The translations under genes and the position numbers were made by a program. The notes under the pieces are model-generated. The model was not told where the DNA came from. It made no database searches and saw only the letters and a list, made by a program, of their open reading frames with translations. Source: Helicobacteraceae bacterium (GTDB lineage: Bacteria; Campylobacterota; Campylobacteria; Campylobacterales; Helicobacteraceae). From it: a stretch of DNA of 64,000 nt. The stretch spans positions 2,388 through 66,387 of the forward strand of contig CAAGLK010000025.1 in assembly GCA_900770765.1 (NCBI GenBank), written 5' to 3'. Each line of letters begins with the position of its first letter. Positions within the stretch are counted from its first letter, which is position 1. Shown one piece after another: positions 58,942 to 64,000 of the stretch.

Positions 58942-59886
58942 TTATACTCCAGCTTCTTCGCGGCGTTGCAAGTATTCCCAATACTCATCTACATTTTTTT
59001 GCCATTGTTCTATTAGATGCTCGTTTTCTTTTTTAAATAAATGCTTAAATCTAGCTTGAACGCCTAGATAATCACGCACAGGCACTTTATTTTTAGGTCT
59101 ATAAGTGATTTTTAGCTCTCTTCCGTTTCTAATTTCAAAAAGCGGAAAAACAAGCGAATCGGTCGCTAAATCGCTTACCTCTATAGTTTGATTTGCTGGG
59201 AATCGCCACTCAGTAGTGCAAGCGCTCATTGCATTTATAAAAGTCGGCCCCTCGGTTTCTACCGCTTCTTTAATTTTTTTACTCATATCTTTCCATTTAT
59301 TTGGTGCTACTTGTGCTACATAAGGTGCGCCATGTGCTGCCATAATAAATAGTAAGTCTTTTTTCTTATCCTTTTTTCCATAGCTTACACGCCCAGCTGG
59401 AGTTGTGGTTGTAGATGCTCCTAGCGGAGTTGAGCCGCTTCGCTGACCGCCTGTGTTTGCATACACTTCATTATCTAAGCATACATAAGTAAAATCATGC
59501 CCTCTCTCAAAACAGCCGCTAATGAATTGGAATCCTATATCATAAGTGGAGCCATCACCGCCAAAAGCGACAAATTTTGGTGTTTTATCGCTATATAATC
59601 GCCCTTTTCGCTTCAACGCCTTATACATAGCTTCCGCCCCAGCAATTGCTGTGGAGCTGTTTTCAAAGCCGATATGAATCCAAGGCGTATCCCAAGAAGT
59701 GTAAGGATAAACAGCGGTGCTAACCTCTAAACAGCCCGTAGATGCTGCTACTAAAACAGGGTGGTCGGTGCAGTTTAGCACTTCTCGCACGATGATTCCA
59801 TGCGCACAGCCAGGGCAGAGTAAATTTGCCCCTTGGAATCTTTCGTTTGCTTTTGAAAATTGTTTAAGATTCTTAATTTCGCTCAT
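58942..59886 (-). CDS. porB: Pyruvate:ferredoxin oxidoreductase beta subunit (TPP-binding)
   Basis: TPP motif GDG...N (VAFGGDGSTYDIG), Cys cluster CPGCAHG. Confidence 0.85.
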   Translation of the reverse strand: MSEIKNLKQFSKANERFQGANLLCPGCAHGIIVREVLNCTDHPVLVAASTGCLEVSTAVYPYTSWDTPWIHIGFENSSTAIAGAEAMYKALKRKGRLYSDKTPKFVAFGGDGSTYDIGFQFISGCFERGHDFTYVCLDNEVYANTGGQRSGSTPLGASTTTTPAGRVSYGKKDKKKDLLFIMAAHGAPYVAQVAPNKWKDMSKKIKEAVETEGPTFINAMSACTTEWRFPANQTIEVSDLATDSLVFPLFEIRNGRELKITYRPKNKVPVRDYLGVQARFKHLFKKENEHLIEQWQKNVDEYWEYLQRREEAGV

Positions 59887-59895
59887 TTTTTCTCC

Positions 59896-61113
59896 TTAAT
59901 TAAACTCCATTTTTGGACCTCTTAGGCCGATGAATTGTTGAGTTGCATGCGTTAGTTTGCCCTCTTTTGCATTTTGTGCTAATTCTTTATAAATTTCTTC
60001 TAAATGCTTTTGAGTTAAATCTCTACCGCCTAGACCATAAATATAATTACTCGCTACTGCTTTGCTATTAGCACCATAAAGAGCGGAGACACCTTCATTA
60101 AATAGCATACCCATTGCCCCTGCTGGTAGGCTTCTATCTAAAAATGCTACTGCTTTAAGATTCTTTAGTGCTTCACCTAGTGCTTTATAAGGGAAAGGAC
60201 GCAATACTCTAATGCTAACCACACCAGCTTTTATTCCACTTTCTCTTGCTTTTTTAGCGGCGATTCTGGCGGATTCCACCGTTGTCCCAAGGGCTACAAT
60301 TGCCACTTCAGCGTCTTGCATTTCATAAGATTCCACTACGCTATATTTACGCCCCGTTAAGGCTTCAAATTCTTTAAAAGTTTTTTCAATTGTGCTAATT
60401 GAACTCATTAGGGCTTCATGTTGTTGTGCTTTGTGTTCAAAATGCCAATCCTCTTCAGTTTGCGCACCAAAAGTGGCTGGTTTATCAAAGTCTAGCATTG
60501 CGTTTTTAGGCTTATAATCGCCTATAAATTTATAGGCTTCTGAGTCTTTTAGCGGTCGCACAGATTGCGCGGTGTGAGAGCAGATAAAGCCATCTTGATG
60601 CACCATTACAGGTAGCCGCACGGCGTAATCTTCTGCGATTTTAAACGCCATTAGGTTAAAGTCATAGGCTTCTTGTGGATTATAAGTGCAGAGATTTATC
60701 CAGCCAGCATCACGCCCTAGATACATATCAGAGTGGTCGCCATTAACATTTAGCGGACTAGCCAATGCCCTATTTACGACATTTAGCACGATAGGGAGTC
60801 GCATACCGCTTGCTTGATATAGCACCTCTACCATAAGTGCGAATCCTTGAGAACTTGTCGCAGTGGCCACACGCCCACCAGCTGCTGCCGCACCCACACA
60901 GCCGCTCATCGCCGCATGTTCGCTCTCTACCATTACAAACTCGCCATCAATATAGCCATTTGAAAGAAAGGTCGCGTAATTTTGCACAATTGGCGTAGAT
61001 GGCGTAATAGGATAAGCACTTACGACATCAATTTGTGCTTGTCGCATAGCGTGGCTTGCCGCCATGTTTCCATCCCAAACTTCTATTTCTTGTAATTCAT
61101 AAATTTCTGCCAT
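59896..61113 (-). CDS. porA: Pyruvate:ferredoxin oxidoreductase alpha subunit
   Basis: 405 aa with the PFOR domain I/II pattern (AYPITPST...). Confidence 0.85.
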   Translation of the reverse strand: MAEIYELQEIEVWDGNMAASHAMRQAQIDVVSAYPITPSTPIVQNYATFLSNGYIDGEFVMVESEHAAMSGCVGAAAAGGRVATATSSQGFALMVEVLYQASGMRLPIVLNVVNRALASPLNVNGDHSDMYLGRDAGWINLCTYNPQEAYDFNLMAFKIAEDYAVRLPVMVHQDGFICSHTAQSVRPLKDSEAYKFIGDYKPKNAMLDFDKPATFGAQTEEDWHFEHKAQQHEALMSSISTIEKTFKEFEALTGRKYSVVESYEMQDAEVAIVALGTTVESARIAAKKARESGIKAGVVSIRVLRPFPYKALGEALKNLKAVAFLDRSLPAGAMGMLFNEGVSALYGANSKAVASNYIYGLGGRDLTQKHLEEIYKELAQNAKEGKLTHATQQFIGLRGPKMEFN

Positions 61114-61124
61114 TTTTACACTCC

Positions 61125-61517
61125 TTAATCTTTCTTTTTAGCTTCTTTTGCGGGCCATTTTGCTAATGCGTCTGCCTCGCTTTCGTGTGTGTCAAACATT
61201 AAAAGCGATTTAGGATTCGTAGGGCACACATCCACGCACACACCACAGCCTTTACAATGCACATAATCCACACCAGCTAACTTTTCATCTCTAGCTAAAA
61301 TAGCAGAATCCGGGCACCACACCCAGCAGTTAAAGCAGTTTATGCAAATCTCGCTATTATGCACAGGCTTTTCCACTCGCCAATGCGCGACACTTGCGGT
61401 ATATGAGCTATCTTCTCTATATTCTCGTTTTTCTGTGTGTTGTGCTACTTCTTTGCCGCCGTCTTTGTTAAAAGGAAATAGCACAGACCCAGCTTCAAAT
61501 TCATTCCAACCTTTCAT
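61125..61517 (-). CDS. porD: Pyruvate:ferredoxin oxidoreductase delta subunit (2x[4Fe-4S] ferredoxin)
   Basis: CINCFNCWVWCPD and CKGCGVCVDVCP clusters. Confidence 0.8.
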   Translation of the reverse strand: MKGWNEFEAGSVLFPFNKDGGKEVAQHTEKREYREDSSYTASVAHWRVEKPVHNSEICINCFNCWVWCPDSAILARDEKLAGVDYVHCKGCGVCVDVCPTNPKSLLMFDTHESEADALAKWPAKEAKKKD

Positions 61518-61525
61518 AAATCCTC

Positions 61526-62086
61526 CTATTTTACTTCATTATAGGCTTTTCTTATAACTTCCATATTTGCGTCAATTATCTTTTGTGGAAGTTTTTTGCC
61601 AAGCACTTTTTTAAATGATTCTAAGAAATAATCAAGCTCTAAAGTTTTAGAAATCTTTAAAAACGCTCCAAGCATAGGCGCATTTGGGATAGACTTGCCA
61701 AAGGCGTCAATTGATAGCTTAACGCAGTCTAGCACATAGACTTCCTTGCCTTTAAGCTCTGGCTTACTTTGTATTAGCTCCTCTTTGCTTAGGCGAGTTG
61801 TGATAATGTATTTTGTATCTGGCTTTTCATTAGCACAAATATCAGTTATATACACAAGGCCAGGGTCAATTACTAAAATATAATCTGGATTCATAAACTT
61901 TTCGTGATTTAAAATAGGGCTATCATCAATGCGATTATACGCTGTCATCGCCGCTCCACGCTTTGCTGAGCCATAAAAGGCAAATGCTTGCACCTCTTTA
62001 CCAGTGCCTGCAATCACATCTGCTAAACCTTTCGCTCCTGTTACCGCACCTTGCCCAGCGCGGCTGTGCCATCTAATCTCTAGCAT
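61526..62086 (-). CDS. porG: Pyruvate:ferredoxin oxidoreductase gamma subunit
   Basis: RWHSRAGQGAVTGAKGLA N-terminus typical of the POR gamma subunit. Confidence 0.8.
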   Translation of the reverse strand: MLEIRWHSRAGQGAVTGAKGLADVIAGTGKEVQAFAFYGSAKRGAAMTAYNRIDDSPILNHEKFMNPDYILVIDPGLVYITDICANEKPDTKYIITTRLSKEELIQSKPELKGKEVYVLDCVKLSIDAFGKSIPNAPMLGAFLKISKTLELDYFLESFKKVLGKKLPQKIIDANMEVIRKAYNEVK

Positions 62087-62344
62087 AATGCCTCCTAAAA
62101 ATGTTTTAAAGTTTAGATTTTAAAAGATTCTATCTTAAATTAATAATCTTTGTGTAAAAAAAAGTAAAAAAAATGTTTAAGTGTGTAAAAATAACTCATA
62201 AGAAATTTTTATTTTTAGCGATTTTTTAAAATGTTAGGATTCTTATAAAACTTTGCAATAAACACAAAAAATTTTATTATAATTTGCCTTTTTTAAAAAG
62301 GATTCCACATAGACTCATTACCGATTATTTTATCCACTCTTTTA

Positions 62345-64000
62345 ATGGCTGTTATCTCTGGCATTGTTTTAAATAAACTTAAGATTCCAGCTATTATTGG
62401 CTATATTTTAACAGGCACGATAGCGGCGTATATCTTTGGGCTTCGTGTAGAGGATTCTACTGATTTAAATCAAGCAGCTGAGCTTGGAATCGTGTTTTTA
62501 ATGTTTATGATTGGGCTTGATTTTAGCTTTAAAAAAATTAAGCAAATGAAGCAAGAAGTGCTTGTTTTTGGTGGGTTACAAATTGGGCTATCAATTAGTG
62601 CGTTTTTTGCTGTGTGTTATTATTTATTAAGATTTGATTTTAACACTTCTTTAATTGTCGCTTGTGCGGTGTCTTTATCCTCTACGGCGATTGTTTTAAA
62701 GCATTTAAATGAAAGCAATCAAGCAAAAACGCCTTATGGAGAGGCCTCAGTTGGAATCTTAATTTTTCAAGATATTGCGGTAATTCCAATTTTACTTTTA
62801 ATAAAACTTCTAAGCAGTAAGGATTTAAGCACAACAGAGCTTTTTTTAAACACAGGAATCTCGGCTATTATTGTCGTGCTTTTATTAATTTTACCTGGTA
62901 GATTCTTAGCAAAATTTGCACTTCGCTCAAGTGCGAAGATGAAAACAGATGAGATTTTTGTAGGGGCGGTGTTTTTAATCGTGCTTGGGGCGGCTTATAT
63001 TAGTGAGCATTTTGGCTTTTCTATGTCGCTTGGGGCGTTTTTAGCTGGTATGATTGTGTCAAACTCGCCTTATAAATATCAAGTCGCAAGTGTGCTTGTG
63101 TATTTTAAAGATTTGCTTTTGGGTGTGTTTTTTATAACTATTGGTATGCAAGTTGATGTGCTTTTTGCTCTTATTCACTTGCCTATTGTGCTTGTTTTAG
63201 TTGCACTTATGATTTTAGGCAAAACGCTTATTATGTTTTTAGCGCTTTGGGCTTTTAGAGGCGCTAGGATAGCTATGCGTATAGCCTTGTCTCTATCGCA
63301 AATTGGGGAATTTTCCTTCGCTATTTTTCTTTTAGCAAGTCAATATAAAATTTTAAATTTAAAGCTAGATGGCGGAATCTTAAGCTTAATTTTTGGGCAA
63401 GAGTTTTTAGCCTCTCTTGATTCCACACAAATTCATCAATTTTTAACTTTAATGGTGATTTTTTCAATGGTCGCTACGCCTTTTATTTTAGAAAAGCTAG
63501 ATTTTTGCACTGATTTTGCCTTAAAAATGCTAGGCTTAAGAAGCCGCTTAAAACCTAAGGATAATAGGGCGAATCTAGGCGATGAAGAAGCGGTAAATGA
63601 AGTGATAATTTGCGGTTATGGGCTTTTAGGAAAAAGTGTTTTAAATAGCTTGCAAGGCTCTAGCGTTAATGTGCTTGTCGTGGATTCCAACTATGAAAGA
63701 GTGCAAAATGCACTAAAAGATGGTTGCAATATTATTTATGGAAACATCGCTGATAAAATGATTTTTAGAGAAATACAAGTGGAAAAATCAAGCGTAGTAA
63801 TTTTATGCGTAGAATCTGCAAATACAATAGCAAGTGCCTGCCAGCATATAAGCGGAATCTCGCATTTTGTAAGAATTGTTGCAATAACCGATGATGACGC
63901 ACTCGCTAAGTATTTGCAAAGCATAGGGATTTATGGTGTGGTAAATCAAACGCAAGAATGCGCTACGCTTTTATCTAATCTCGCACTAGAAGCACTAAGT
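62345..64000 (+). CDS. CPA2-family monovalent cation:proton antiporter with a TrkA-N (KTN) domain (Kef-type); 3' end beyond the window
   Basis: Open frame from ATG 62345 to the window end. ~12 TM segments, then a Rossmann motif VIICGYGLLGKSV. Absent from the ORF track because it is open-ended. Confidence 0.7.
   Translation, partial: MAVISGIVLNKLKIPAIIGYILTGTIAAYIFGLRVEDSTDLNQAAELGIVFLMFMIGLDFSFKKIKQMKQEVLVFGGLQIGLSISAFFAVCYYLLRFDFNTSLIVACAVSLSSTAIVLKHLNESNQAKTPYGEASVGILIFQDIAVIPILLLIKLLSSKDLSTTELFLNTGISAIIVVLLLILPGRFLAKFALRSSAKMKTDEIFVGAVFLIVLGAAYISEHFGFSMSLGAFLAGMIVSNSPYKYQVASVLVYFKDLLLGVFFITIGMQVDVLFALIHLPIVLVLVALMILGKTLIMFLALWAFRGARIAMRIALSLSQIGEFSFAIFLLASQYKILNLKLDGGILSLIFGQEFLASLDSTQIHQFLTLMVIFSMVATPFILEKLDFCTDFALKMLGLRSRLKPKDNRANLGDEEAVNEVIICGYGLLGKSVLNSLQGSSVNVLVVDSNYERVQNALKDGCNIIYGNIADKMIFREIQVEKSSVVILCVESANTIASACQHISGISHFVRIVAITDDDALAKYLQSIGIYGVVNQTQECATLLSNLALEALS

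Overview
AT-rich chromosomal segment that looks epsilonproteobacterial, Helicobacter-like. Supporting this are the gene content and order (dnaX-tsaE-lptB-rpoN, porGDAB, flgL with a sigma-54 promoter, carboxynorspermidine decarboxylase, futalosine-type amidohydrolase, tandem dynamin-like GTPases). Most of the window is tightly packed core housekeeping operons, with many start/stop overlaps that indicate translational coupling. Accessory or unusual content is of seven kinds. (1) Just after ilvD, a C5-cytosine methyltransferase is followed by two translationally coupled ORFs of unknown function that lack the host-typical GAWTC enrichment. This is a candidate acquired R-M or defense cassette, and a partial ORF at the left edge carries a PD-(D/E)xK-like motif. 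(2) Two adjacent prepilin-type (pseudopilin-like) genes. (3) A pervasive enrichment of GAATC/GATTC, often as GGAWTCC or GATTCCAC, in genes and spacers. (4) Two families of intergenic repeats: a TTTTGC-N4-GCAAAA palindrome and 45-bp unit, and a 'GTCATTGCGAG' REP-like family with a 62-bp direct repeat. (5) A G-rich 17-bp-stem hairpin with a G-quadruplex-type motif after flgL. (6) A divergent FkbM-methyltransferase / cytidylyltransferase-aldolase fusion pair, a probable nonulosonic-acid (flagellin glycan) module, separated by an A12 tract and two copies of a TTGAAAA-N6-TTTTCAA palindrome. (7) Coding-region simple repeats: a T9 tract in rpoN and a heptanucleotide x3 repeat in carB. Two tRNAs (initiator Met, Gln) lie between rsmE and ribBA. 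No transposases, CRISPR arrays or rRNA genes were seen.
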